Of a stretch of DNA of 64,000 nucleotides, positions 24,567-34,100 are shown piece after piece (position 1 is the stretch's first letter; each line of letters begins with the position of its first letter). This DNA is from Rhodoferax sp. (lineage in GTDB: Bacteria; Pseudomonadota; Gammaproteobacteria; Burkholderiales; Burkholderiaceae_C). The notes below the pieces were generated by a model. It was not told the origin of the DNA, searched no databases, and worked only from the letters and a program-made list of their open reading frames with translations. The translations under genes and the position numbers were made by a program. The DNA lies in the NCBI GenBank assembly GCA_041910275.1, contig JAYRRD010000147.1:16493-80492 (forward strand). Direction: 5' to 3'.

Positions 24567-26561
24567 ATGGGCATCCTCAACGTTGGCACCCAGGCTCTGC
24601 TGGCCAACCAACTCGCGTTGCAAACGGCTGGCAATAACATTGCCAACGTCAACACGCCGGGATACTCACGCCAGAACGTTGTCCTGGAAACGAATCCTTC
24701 GCAATATTCCGGGTCTGGCTACATTGGGAAGGGTGTCAACGCCAAAACCATTGAGCGCAATTTCAGCGAGTTTTTGACGCGCCAATCAACCCTGGCAGGA
24801 TCAACGCAGGCAGCTGACGCCACGCGCTCGGACAAACTCAAACAGTTGGAGGCCTTGTTCCAGGGAGGCTCCAGCGGCCTGGGTGCATCCATCAATGACA
24901 TGTTGAATGCATTTTCCGATGTGGCCAGCGCACCCACCGACCTGACTGCACGCACCGTGGCTTTGACCCGTGTCGATGAAGCAGCGGCCCGGATGCGTTC
25001 GGCTGCGTTGCAGATTTCCGATCTGCAAAAGGGAGTGTCCGAGGAGCTTACGCAGAAAGTCAATAATATCAATAGCTTGGCGAAAGATGTGGCCTCTGTC
25101 AACAAGGAAGTTGCCCGTGCCATCGGCTCGGGGCAGTCGCCCAACGATTTGCTGGATAGGCGCGATCAGCTGATCCGGGAAATGAACCAATTCATACAAA
25201 CCACATCCGTTGCGGCGGACGATGGGACGGTGAGTTTGTTCATCGGTGGCAGCCAGTCGCTGGTGCTGGGCGACGAGGCCACGCCCGTTGTGATCATGAG
25301 CGATGATTTCAACGATCCACTCAAGAAGAAACTGGCCATCAACCGCAGCGGGGTCTTTGTCTCCATGGACGAGAACACCCTGGGTGGCGGTGAGGTATCG
25401 GGCTTGTTGCGTTTTCAGAATAGCGATCTGATCGAGGGCAGCAATTTGCTGGGGCGTTTGACCATGGCGGTCAGTGAATCCATGAATGCCCAGCACCGGC
25501 TCGGTCTGGACCTGGACGGCAATATCGGTGGCGACCTTTTTACCCCCGTTACCTTTTCCGGGCGGAATGTGTTGCAACCAGTGTCACCCGCCATCTTGAA
25601 TTCGGGCAACGCATCACTCAGTCTGGCTATCAGCGATCCCACAAAGTTTGCGGCTTCCGATTACGAAGTAACCTTCATCGGCGCAACCGACGGCAGCATC
25701 ACACGGCGCTCGGACGGACAGGTGACTTTATTTGACTTTGCCATCACAAGCCCTGTGACGGTTGACGGCCTTGCCATTACCCAAGCAGGTGGTGCCGCTG
25801 CGGGCGACCGTTTTTTGCTCAAACCTTTCAGCACACAAGCCGGCAGCGTCACCCGGCAGTTTTCCACGCCACGCGCATTGGCCGTGGCCAGTCCGGTGGC
25901 GGGCAGTATGGGCTCCGCCAACACAGGCAGCCTTCAGCAGACGGCGCTGATTGCCCGCTCGAATCCACCCACCACCGTGCCGGTCACTTTGACGTTCACC
26001 GGCCCGAACACCTATACCCGCAGCGACGATCCGGGCGGGACGGTATTCAATTACCTCTCCGGGCAAGCCATTGAAGCCACCTTGCCGGATATACCGCTGA
26101 CCAACCCGCCCACCTACAGCACGCCCCTGGTTGACTGGTCCATCGAGTTGAAGGGCACGCCCCAGGTGGGAGACACCTACACCGTCCACTACGTACTGGA
26201 CACACCGGCCAACGACCCGTTTATCCAGGGAAAAGCCGACTATAAACTCAACTCGGGCAACGCCACGGCCATGATGAACCTGCGGGATGTGGCGATGTTC
26301 GACGGCGCGGCCCTGACCGATGGCTATGCGGGGATGATTTCGCAAATCGGCATCCGCACCCAAAGCGCCAACTACTCGACCACGGTTTCCACCGCGATTG
26401 CCACCAATCTGGAAAAAGACCGCAACGGTGTATCCGGCGTAAATCTCGACGAAGAGGCGGCCAAACTATTGCAATTCCAGCAGGCATACCAGGCTTCGGC
26501 CAAGATGATACAAATTGCCCAAGGCATTTTCGACACCCTGATGCAAAGTGTGTCCCGTTAA
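24567..26561 (+). CDS. flgK: flagellar hook-associated protein 1 FlgK
   Basis: MGILNVGTQALLANQLALQTAGNNIANVNTPGYSRQ and C-terminal GVNLDEEAAKLLQFQQAYQASAKMIQIAQ. Confidence 0.95.
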   Translation: MGILNVGTQALLANQLALQTAGNNIANVNTPGYSRQNVVLETNPSQYSGSGYIGKGVNAKTIERNFSEFLTRQSTLAGSTQAADATRSDKLKQLEALFQGGSSGLGASINDMLNAFSDVASAPTDLTARTVALTRVDEAAARMRSAALQISDLQKGVSEELTQKVNNINSLAKDVASVNKEVARAIGSGQSPNDLLDRRDQLIREMNQFIQTTSVAADDGTVSLFIGGSQSLVLGDEATPVVIMSDDFNDPLKKKLAINRSGVFVSMDENTLGGGEVSGLLRFQNSDLIEGSNLLGRLTMAVSESMNAQHRLGLDLDGNIGGDLFTPVTFSGRNVLQPVSPAILNSGNASLSLAISDPTKFAASDYEVTFIGATDGSITRRSDGQVTLFDFAITSPVTVDGLAITQAGGAAAGDRFLLKPFSTQAGSVTRQFSTPRALAVASPVAGSMGSANTGSLQQTALIARSNPPTTVPVTLTFTGPNTYTRSDDPGGTVFNYLSGQAIEATLPDIPLTNPPTYSTPLVDWSIELKGTPQVGDTYTVHYVLDTPANDPFIQGKADYKLNSGNATAMMNLRDVAMFDGAALTDGYAGMISQIGIRTQSANYSTTVSTAIATNLEKDRNGVSGVNLDEEAAKLLQFQQAYQASAKMIQIAQGIFDTLMQSVSR

Positions 26562-26716
26562 CTTTCATGGTCTCACATCCACCCCGAATCATGAAACCAT
26601 TCGACCAATACGCATTTCAGCCCTTCGACTTCGCGCCCTTCGGCTCCGCTCAGGGCACGCAAAACCGAAGGAAACGTGCCCTGAGCGGAGTCGAAGGGCT
26701 TGGCGTTTCACGTTAA
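26561..26716. repeat. intergenic repeat family A (MITE/REP-like long-hairpin element), copy 1, between flgK and flgL
   Basis: Aligns with 37078-37219 and 53383-53524. Shared head actttcatggt.t..catccaccccgaatcatgaaacc and a long inverted repeat around gctcagggcacgc...cgtgccctgagc. This copy carries an extra ~15-nt internal duplication (cttcgcgcccttcggctccgc). Confidence 0.85.
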
Positions 26717-26780
26717 TTACCCGTTGACTTACCCGTTAAATGACCTGTAAACCTGACGCATAGGCCCCCGGAGACCCACC

Positions 26781-28091
26781 ATGGCAACCACCACCTTTTC
26801 ACGCCTTGGATCGGCTAACACGTACGACAACGCACGCGCCAACCTCATGACGCGGCAGACTTCGCTTGTGAGTCTGCAAGAGAAAATGACCGCCGGTAAA
26901 CGGGTCAACACCCCCAGCGATGACCCCACCGCTGCGGCCCAGGCCGAGCGGGCGCTCAACCGCATTGAACGCATCAAGACCGACCAGCGCGCACTGGATT
27001 CGCAGCGCAATGCCATTGCCCAGGCGGAAAGCGTGCTGGGCGACGTGACCGACACCTTGCAAAGCATCCGGGAATTGGTGGTCAGCGCGGGCGATGGCAG
27101 TTTCACACCATCTGATCGGGAAACTGTGGCCATGCAGATTCAGGGACTGCGCGACCAGGTGTTCGCACTTTCCAACCGCAAGGACACCAACGGCATGCCG
27201 CTGTTTGCTTCACTCGCCAGCGCCTTGAAGCCCTTTGTCGGCCCGCAGACCACCGCACCCGACTACACCTTTCAAGGGCTACCAGGACAAGTTGGCAGCA
27301 CCGAAGTCACTATCGCCTCCACCCTGGACGGCGACAGCGCCTTCATGCACCAACCCAGACGCGATGGTGTCTATAACATCAAGGTGACAAACACCACGGC
27401 GGGAGTGATACCAGCCAACCGCACACTGCAAACCGACAACATCACGGTGACCAACCCGACACTGGTGACCGGCGCCGCCTACGCGGTGGAGTTCACCGCC
27501 ATCGACACCACCACAGTACCCGGAACGACGACTGCCACCTACACACTGACCGACACCACCAACTCCCCCGGCGTTCCCTTTGCCACCCAGACCATCAGCT
27601 ACCCCACCGACCAGCCAGCAAACATCCTCATCGCCGACGACCCACCACCGCCTGCTGCGCCAACAACTTTTGGTTTGCCCGGACTGTCTTTCAGCATCAC
27701 CGGCACGCCTGACGTTGGTGACTCCATCACTATCGACCCCAGTCCGAGTATCTTTAGTGTTCTGGACAACGCCATCCGCGATATTGGTATTGCCCCGAAT
27801 GGCAATGCCGCAGCACAGGCCGTAGGCCAGGCACTTAGCAACATAGACATCGGCATGTCCCGCGTTTCCGCCGTGCGCAGCCAGGCGGGGGACTTACTCA
27901 GCCGCGCAGACCGCATCTCCGTCAACCAGGAAAAGCGCAGCATCCAGATGGAAACGGACCGTTCCCGCGCCGAGGATATGGACATGATGACCGGCATCTC
28001 CGACTTCCAGAACCAGCAAACCGGCTACCAGGCGGCGCTACAGTCCTACGCCCAGATTCAGAAACTGTCGCTATTCAACTTTATCAGTTGA
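26781..28091 (+). CDS. flgL: flagellar hook-associated protein 3 FlgL
   Basis: Flagellin-like N-terminus (RLGSANTYDNARANLMTRQTSLVSLQEKMTAGKRVNTPSDDP) and C-terminus (DMDMMTGISDFQNQQTGYQAALQSYAQIQKLSLFNFI); follows flgK. Confidence 0.9.
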   Translation: MATTTFSRLGSANTYDNARANLMTRQTSLVSLQEKMTAGKRVNTPSDDPTAAAQAERALNRIERIKTDQRALDSQRNAIAQAESVLGDVTDTLQSIRELVVSAGDGSFTPSDRETVAMQIQGLRDQVFALSNRKDTNGMPLFASLASALKPFVGPQTTAPDYTFQGLPGQVGSTEVTIASTLDGDSAFMHQPRRDGVYNIKVTNTTAGVIPANRTLQTDNITVTNPTLVTGAAYAVEFTAIDTTTVPGTTTATYTLTDTTNSPGVPFATQTISYPTDQPANILIADDPPPPAAPTTFGLPGLSFSITGTPDVGDSITIDPSPSIFSVLDNAIRDIGIAPNGNAAAQAVGQALSNIDIGMSRVSAVRSQAGDLLSRADRISVNQEKRSIQMETDRSRAEDMDMMTGISDFQNQQTGYQAALQSYAQIQKLSLFNFIS

Positions 28092-28103
28092 TGCGATGGG
28101 TTA

Positions 28104-29096
28104 ATGAAAAGGAAGATATTTATGCATGGGATTATTATTTTTCTTCGATGGATTATTTCTGCACACATATTCTTGCTATTTTCTCAAACCGTGTGGGCGA
28201 GCGATTTTCGGGACCCGGAAAACAAGCAATTCATCGTCTGGCCGAATATTCCGGTGATTCGTGCTTCGGATTTTGAGGAATATGATCGGGATCGCAAGAT
28301 TTTCACCGACCTGCATTTGTTGAAAGCCGATCCAGGCACGATAACCGCTGCCCTGGCCGCCGTGGACAGCTTGCAAACGCACCATGAGCGGCGCACATTG
28401 GCTGACCTCGGAAGAAGCCTCAATTCCCAATTGATTGGCGAACTGGATAAGTTTGCGCGCAACGGAAATGTCAAACAACCCAAATTGCGCTTCGATTTTG
28501 CCAACATTTCTCCACAAGACCTGCAAAGGCAATTGGCCATGGATACAGCCGAGTTGAATAAACTGAAAAAAAAGGCATCCCAGGTCACTCTGGTTATGTA
28601 CATAACGTACACGCGATTGGAAGGAAATGTCTTGCAGCTGGTATGTACCGTGGTGAAGCTGGCAAGCGGTGAATCGCAAAGTTTTGTCGTGACAGCGCCC
28701 ATCAATTTTGTCGGCCAATATCTGGCGCTCGAAATATTCAATTATTTCCAGGGCAATCGCTTTCCGAAGCATCAGGACCCGATGCCCGACCGGGAATGGA
28801 TGGCCGCAGGGCCAGGCCACACCAACCAGCTGGTTTCGCATGAAATGGCCAAACGCTATTGCAAATCCCAGAACGCCGAGTTACCCACTGCGACCGAAAT
28901 AGAAATGGGGGAATCGGCTGGCTTCTACAACGGCGGTATTGCGCTCAAGGCCAATAGCCTTTACCACATCAAGACAGGAATGTATTACTCTTCCGAAACG
29001 CAAGAGGTCGCAGGAAAAATCAGACCCGTTTCTATCGAGAACGCGAGCCTTGCTTATTACTACTGCATAAGAAACAAGGCGTACGCCAAAAAGTAG
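28104..29096 (+). CDS. hypothetical secreted protein (AT-richer orphan)
   Basis: 330 aa with an N-terminal hydrophobic signal-like segment IIIFLRWIISAHIFLLFSQTVWA. Codon composition is visibly more AT-rich than its neighbours. The C-terminal segment MAKRYCKSQNAELPTATEIEMGE faintly recalls DUF1566/lectin-like motifs, which is a weak match. Confidence 0.55.
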   Translation: MKRKIFMHGIIIFLRWIISAHIFLLFSQTVWASDFRDPENKQFIVWPNIPVIRASDFEEYDRDRKIFTDLHLLKADPGTITAALAAVDSLQTHHERRTLADLGRSLNSQLIGELDKFARNGNVKQPKLRFDFANISPQDLQRQLAMDTAELNKLKKKASQVTLVMYITYTRLEGNVLQLVCTVVKLASGESQSFVVTAPINFVGQYLALEIFNYFQGNRFPKHQDPMPDREWMAAGPGHTNQLVSHEMAKRYCKSQNAELPTATEIEMGESAGFYNGGIALKANSLYHIKTGMYYSSETQEVAGKIRPVSIENASLAYYYCIRNKAYAKK

Positions 29097-29161
29097 GCTC
29101 AAACCTTGTGCTTTGCTTGTGCTTTATGCCTGCTTGCTTGAGGATGGTGTTTGCCATGCTG

Positions 29162-29440
29162 CTAGCCGACCACGCGCCGCCCTGCGGTTTCCTGGTGCAC
29201 AAAGATAAGCCGCATGTCAGCCACGTCTATGGACAAACCATCTTCATGGCCCGCATCCTCTGCCACCAGCCAAACACGCTCACAAAGCGCCTCAAACGTT
29301 TGCGCCTCGGTAACAAAGCACAGCGCCTCGCACTCGCCTACCCACATGCTGCACTCCGGGTCGAAACTCACCTCCACGGTGAACGTGGCAGGCTCCTTGC
29401 GGAAATCAGGACGGATGACGTTGTTCATACATCCGTTCAT
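29162..29440 (-). CDS. DUF1902-like (HicB-N-like) small protein
   Basis: 92 aa. FTVEVSFDPECSMWVGECEALCFVTEAQTFEALCERVWLVAED matches the DUF1902 pattern. Its ATG overlaps the hicB stop (ATGA). Confidence 0.65.
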   Translation of the reverse strand: MNGCMNNVIRPDFRKEPATFTVEVSFDPECSMWVGECEALCFVTEAQTFEALCERVWLVAEDAGHEDGLSIDVADMRLIFVHQETAGRRVVG

Positions 29441-29853
29441 TCCACACTCAACACCAGTTTCTTTCCCAGAACGGCAGCAGCCTTTTGAAGCTGGTCGAAT
29501 TTGGATGCATGGCGCAGGTCAAACAGCCGGTCAACCTGCGGAACATGCCAGTTCAGGCGGCGTGCCAGTTCGGCCTTGCGTATGCCTTGCTCCATCATGG
29601 CCTGGTACACGCCCAGCTTGGCGCACTCCAGAGCGCTGGGGCGCACGGTCTTCTGGCCCGGCTGGGGCTGGCTGGGGGTGGGCAGCTTTTTGCGGTCATC
29701 AACGTAGAACGACAGGCCGACTTCGAGCGCCTCAACGGCGTACATCAGCGCTTCTTCTTCATCTTCACCCTGGGTGATGGCCTCGGGCACATCGGGGAAT
29801 GTGACCAGCACAGCTCCGTCGTCAGGGGTAAGAATTACGGGATAGTCAAACAT
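29437..29853 (-). CDS. hicB: HicB-family antitoxin with C-terminal HTH
   Basis: 138 aa. N-terminal MFDYPVILTPDDGAVLVTFPDVPEAITQGEDEEEALMYAVEALE is the HicB fold pattern. C-terminal GIRKAELARRLNWHVPQVDRLFD is an HTH. It lies immediately downstream of a HicA-like reading frame. Confidence 0.85.
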   Translation of the reverse strand: MFDYPVILTPDDGAVLVTFPDVPEAITQGEDEEEALMYAVEALEVGLSFYVDDRKKLPTPSQPQPGQKTVRPSALECAKLGVYQAMMEQGIRKAELARRLNWHVPQVDRLFDLRHASKFDQLQKAAAVLGKKLVLSVE

Positions 29854-29862
29854 GGTGATTCC

Positions 29863-30023
29863 TTATTTGATGCTGACCTGCAAGCCACGCCCCAATTCCT
29901 TGGTGCCGTGCATTGGCAATGCGGACTGTTTACCATTCAAGAAAATTTTCAAGTGTGAACCCTTGGCCTGCGCAAAGGTGGCGCCTTGTTGTTCCAGCCA
30001 TTTTTCATTTGCATCGAGTTCAT
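29863..30023 (-). pseudogene. hicA: HicA-family toxin gene disrupted by an apparent 1-nt deletion in an A5 run (or a sequencing error)
   Basis: From the ATG at 30023 the frame reads MNSMQMKNGWNNK... and stops early. The -1 frame after the run gaaaaatgg (plus-strand T5 at 30001-30005) reads (K)WLEQQGATFAQAKGSHLKIFLNGKQSALPMHGTKELGRGLQVSIK*, a HicA-like sequence ending 9 nt before the hicB ATG. That frame has no in-frame ATG/GTG/TTG start. Confidence 0.7.
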
Positions 30024-30148
30024 GGCCTAAATTCTAAACAAATATGTTTTGTTTATCTGGAAAATACCCCCTGGTCCCATTTACCCCCTCACCCATCACA
30101 CACTCTATCCAGACGTGATAATGCAGAAAATGGCCTTGACACCCGTTT

Positions 30149-31042
30149 GTGCTGACAATGAAAAAGCAAGACTACGAACACTCTGACAAATACTCTGATA
30201 AATCCGACGATGCGTTGGCTGCACAGCGTTTTCAAATGCTGGAGGATTTGGCGCGGGAGTTGTCAGGCCCGATTGTTTTCCCGACCAACCTTGATGTAGC
30301 CGCCCGCATTCGTCGACTTGCCAACGATCCTGCTGTAACGCTGGATGAAATGGCCCTGGCCGTGTCTGCCGATCCACTGATCAGTAGCAAGTTACTGGCA
30401 ATGGCCAATTCATCACCCTACGCTGATGCGCAGCCGTTGAATGACATATTCGCAGCCGTTTCCCGGCTGGGCCTGGAAATTGTTTGCGCTGTAAGCCTTT
30501 CAACTGCCATACGCCAGATAGTCTTGCTGGGCAGCATGGTCCAATTTGCTGATCTGGCCGATTTGCTATGGGTACATACCCTGCGTAGCGCGTCAGCCTG
30601 CTATGTCGTTGCCAAACGAATGACCAACATTGACCCCAATGTGGCTTTTTTTGCCGGAATGGTGCATGACATTGGTGCCTTTTACATGCTGTACCGGGCA
30701 AACAAATACCCTGAATTGGTGGCGCGCCCGGAAAGTCTGAAATTTCTCGTTGTGAAATGGCATGAAAGCATCGGCGAATCGCTGATGAATGCGCTGGGTG
30801 TACCGTCACATATCGTTGAGGCCACACGCGAACACGACAGGTTGCGCAAGATAGAGGGTGCTCCGAATGGCCTCAAGGATGTGGTTTATGTGGGCAATGT
30901 ATTGGCTGGCGCCCATTTTGAATGGCTGTACAACGATGTGGATATTGCGGAGATCAATCGCCATGCTCTGGGGCCGCAGTACAAACAATATGGGGCAGAA
31001 ATTGATGCCCATGCCCAGTCGATTGCCGCTTTCTTCAAATAG
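30149..31042 (+). CDS. HDOD-domain signalling protein
   Basis: 297 aa. FPTNLDVAARIRRLANDPAVTLDEMALAVSADPLISSKLLAMANS... and ...GMVHDIGAFYMLYR are typical of the HDOD domain. Confidence 0.85.
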   Translation: MLTMKKQDYEHSDKYSDKSDDALAAQRFQMLEDLARELSGPIVFPTNLDVAARIRRLANDPAVTLDEMALAVSADPLISSKLLAMANSSPYADAQPLNDIFAAVSRLGLEIVCAVSLSTAIRQIVLLGSMVQFADLADLLWVHTLRSASACYVVAKRMTNIDPNVAFFAGMVHDIGAFYMLYRANKYPELVARPESLKFLVVKWHESIGESLMNALGVPSHIVEATREHDRLRKIEGAPNGLKDVVYVGNVLAGAHFEWLYNDVDIAEINRHALGPQYKQYGAEIDAHAQSIAAFFK

Positions 31043-31101
31043 TCCATGCGATTTTGTGTGGATCAAGGCGGTTGATGCACAGCCGATCTGAGGGTTTCAC
31101 T

Positions 31102-34100
31102 ATGCACCTACGTTTCCTCCTCTGCACGCTGGCTGCCACGCTATGCGTTCTATTCCCGGTGGTCCATGCACAAGGAATGCCCCCGAGCGTGGACAGTTTC
31201 AGTCCGCAAGGCGAGGTGCGCAGCGTGCAGCAGGTGGCGGTGCGTTTCAGCCAGGACATGGTGGCGTTGGGCAAGGCGGATGCACCAGCACCCGTGCAGC
31301 TGCAATGTGATGGCGCGCCGCCCGTGACCACGCGCTGGCTTGACACCCGGCGCTGGGTGGCCGAGTTCACAGCCACGCTGCCGATAGGCACGCGCTGCAC
31401 GGCGCGCTTGCGTACCGATCTGCGTGCGCTCTCGGGGGCTGCCGTGGTGCCCGCCGGGCCTTGGAATTTTCATACGGGCGGCCCCAAGGTCAGTTGGCAG
31501 CAGCCCTACAACGGGTATCAGGTGGTCGAGCAGCAGGTGTTTGTGTTGTATGCCGATGCGCCGCTGGCGCGCGACACGCTGGCGGGTGCCTTGCGTTGCC
31601 AGATCAAGGGACAAGAGGGGGATATACCCGTTACCGTGCTGGATGCTGCTGCGACCAGGGCGCAGTGGATCAAGGTGCGTAGCGCGGATGATTTTGTGCC
31701 GGAGCGCACCGTGGCATTGCGCTGCGCGCAGGCGCTGCCGGTTGACGCCACGGTGCAGCTGGTCTGGGGGCGCACCATCACCACACCTTCGGGCGTGGCC
31801 AGCGGCGGCGACCAGACGCTGGGGCCGTGGCGCGTGCGCCCGGCGTTTGCCGCCAAGGTGGTCTGTGCGCAGATTGCGGGTACCACGGGTTGCGACCCGC
31901 GCCAGAATCTGCGCGTTGAATTCACCGAACGGGTCAAAACCGAAGCCTTGCGCAGCGCCAGTTTGCACGATGCACAGGGTAAGGCATATCCGCTCCTGCC
32001 GCAGTCCCATTTTGAAGCGGACAGTACACGCGCCCTGGTGACGCAGTTGCAGCGCAACGGGGCGCAGGAACTCCTGCCCGAGGGCGCTACCTTGAGCCTG
32101 CGGCTGCCCGAGGCCTTGCTGGATGTCGATGGCCGGCGCTTGAGCAACCAGCGTGAATTCCCCAAGGCGCTGCCCATTGCCACATTGCCGCCGTACCTGG
32201 GTTTTGTCGAAGCCCCCGGCGTCTTGCCCTGGGCCAGGGGTGAGCCGTTGCACTGGCCGCTGGCGGTGCGGCGGCTGGAGCCGTCGCTTGCGGTGCAGGT
32301 CATGCGTTTAGGCGGTGCCATGCGCGACCCGGCGGCCAGTGGCAGCGCACTGCAGCGCCGGGCGCTGGCATCAAAGCAGGCGCTGGCTCTGTGGCACAGC
32401 GCCCAGGATTGGCCGCAGCGCAGTCCGGGTGCAGAAAACATATATCCGGTGCTGGCACGCCAGCAGCTGGACTGGGCGCAGCTGGAAACCCAGACGGTGG
32501 AAGGCAGTGCGGTGGAGGCGCTGAATTTTGTGCCAGTAAAACTGACGCAGCCGGGTTTGTATCTGCTCGAAGCACACAGCCCGCGTTTTTCCGGGCACCT
32601 GCGCGCGGCCCTGGCCGCCAGCGACTCGGCACCGCCCGTCGGGCTGGAGCCGCGCGCTTCGCTTGTGCAGGTCAGCAATCTCAATCTGAGCGTGCGGCTC
32701 TCGGCCCAGGGAGACTCCTTGCTGTGGGCCACGGCCATCGACACCGGACTGCCGGTTGGCGGTGTGGAGGTCGATTGGCTCGATTGCCGGGGTGAGGTTT
32801 TGGCGCAAGGCAGCACCGATGTGCAAGGTCTGATGCCAATCAGCGCCAGTGCCACACGCAGCGCCGCCACGCAAAGCTGCCAGGGCGCATCCGGCGCCGG
32901 GCACTTCGGGCTGGCGGTGGTGGCGCGCAAAGGCGACGATCTGGCCGTGCTGGGCGACATAGGGTACTCCCATCGCTACGGATTTGATAGTTACTCCCGC
33001 TCGTCCAGTCTGGGCCACACGGTATTTGACCGTACATTGTTCAAGGCTGGAGAAACGGTGTCCATGCAGCACCTGCAACGCTTGCTCACGGCAGATGGCT
33101 TTGCCTTTCCTCCAGAGGGTAGCGGCAAGGTCGAGCTGCGCTTTCAGGACGGTGGTCTGGTCGCCACGCTGCCCGTGCAATGGGATGCGACAGGCAGCGC
33201 AACGAGCCAGTGGCACATTCCCGAAACGGCCAAACTCGGGCGCTACACCGCCAGCGTCACCGGATCGAATGGCCGCGCACACCAAGCCAGCTTTCAGGTG
33301 GAAGAGTTTCGCTCCCCGGTGTTCGAGGCCGCATTGACGGGACGCGCGCAGTGGAGTGCAGGACAGCAGCGCCTGCCGCTGGCGCTGCGCCTGAGTTATC
33401 TGGCGGGTGGTGCGGCTGCCGGGGAGGCGGTGAGCGTGGCCGGTCAATACCTGGCCGGGGCCACTGCGCCGGTGCCAGGCTACGTTTTCAGCGATGCCAC
33501 GCTGCCCGATTGGCAGGCACCGGCCTTTACCACGCTGGCCACCCGGCTCGATGCGCAAGGCCAGGCACAGCTTGATCCTGCCCTGCCGGTGTTCGACCGA
33601 CCCGTGACGCTGAACGCCGAGATGAGGTTTTCCGACCCGAACGGAGAAGTGCAAACCGTAGGACAAAGCTTTGCCCTGTGGTCCAGCCCGATCCGGCTGG
33701 GTATACGCGCCACACCCCAGTCCAAGGTCGCGCAAGAACGCACACGCACCAGCGTTCGCCTGCAGGCCGTGGTGCTGGATGCGCATAACCAGCCATTGGC
33801 CAAAAAACCCTTGACCCTCACCGCCCGACCCGTGCGCTGGGATAGCCGTCGTTCCAAGTCGAAGTCGATAGAGTGGCTGGGGCCGGTGCGTACCGTGTGC
33901 CAGCAAGACAGCGACGAACGCGGACAGATCGCCTGCGATTGGGCCGATGTGCCGGAGAAGGAGGATGCAGACTGGCTGTTTGCTGTCCATACGCAAGAGT
34001 CCAGTACCACCAGCATCACCAGCAACCAGGTGGTGTACCGCTACCAGTTGCGCTGGGCACCGAGCGCCGAAGTGCTAGCGCTGGCACCGGGGCAGACGCA

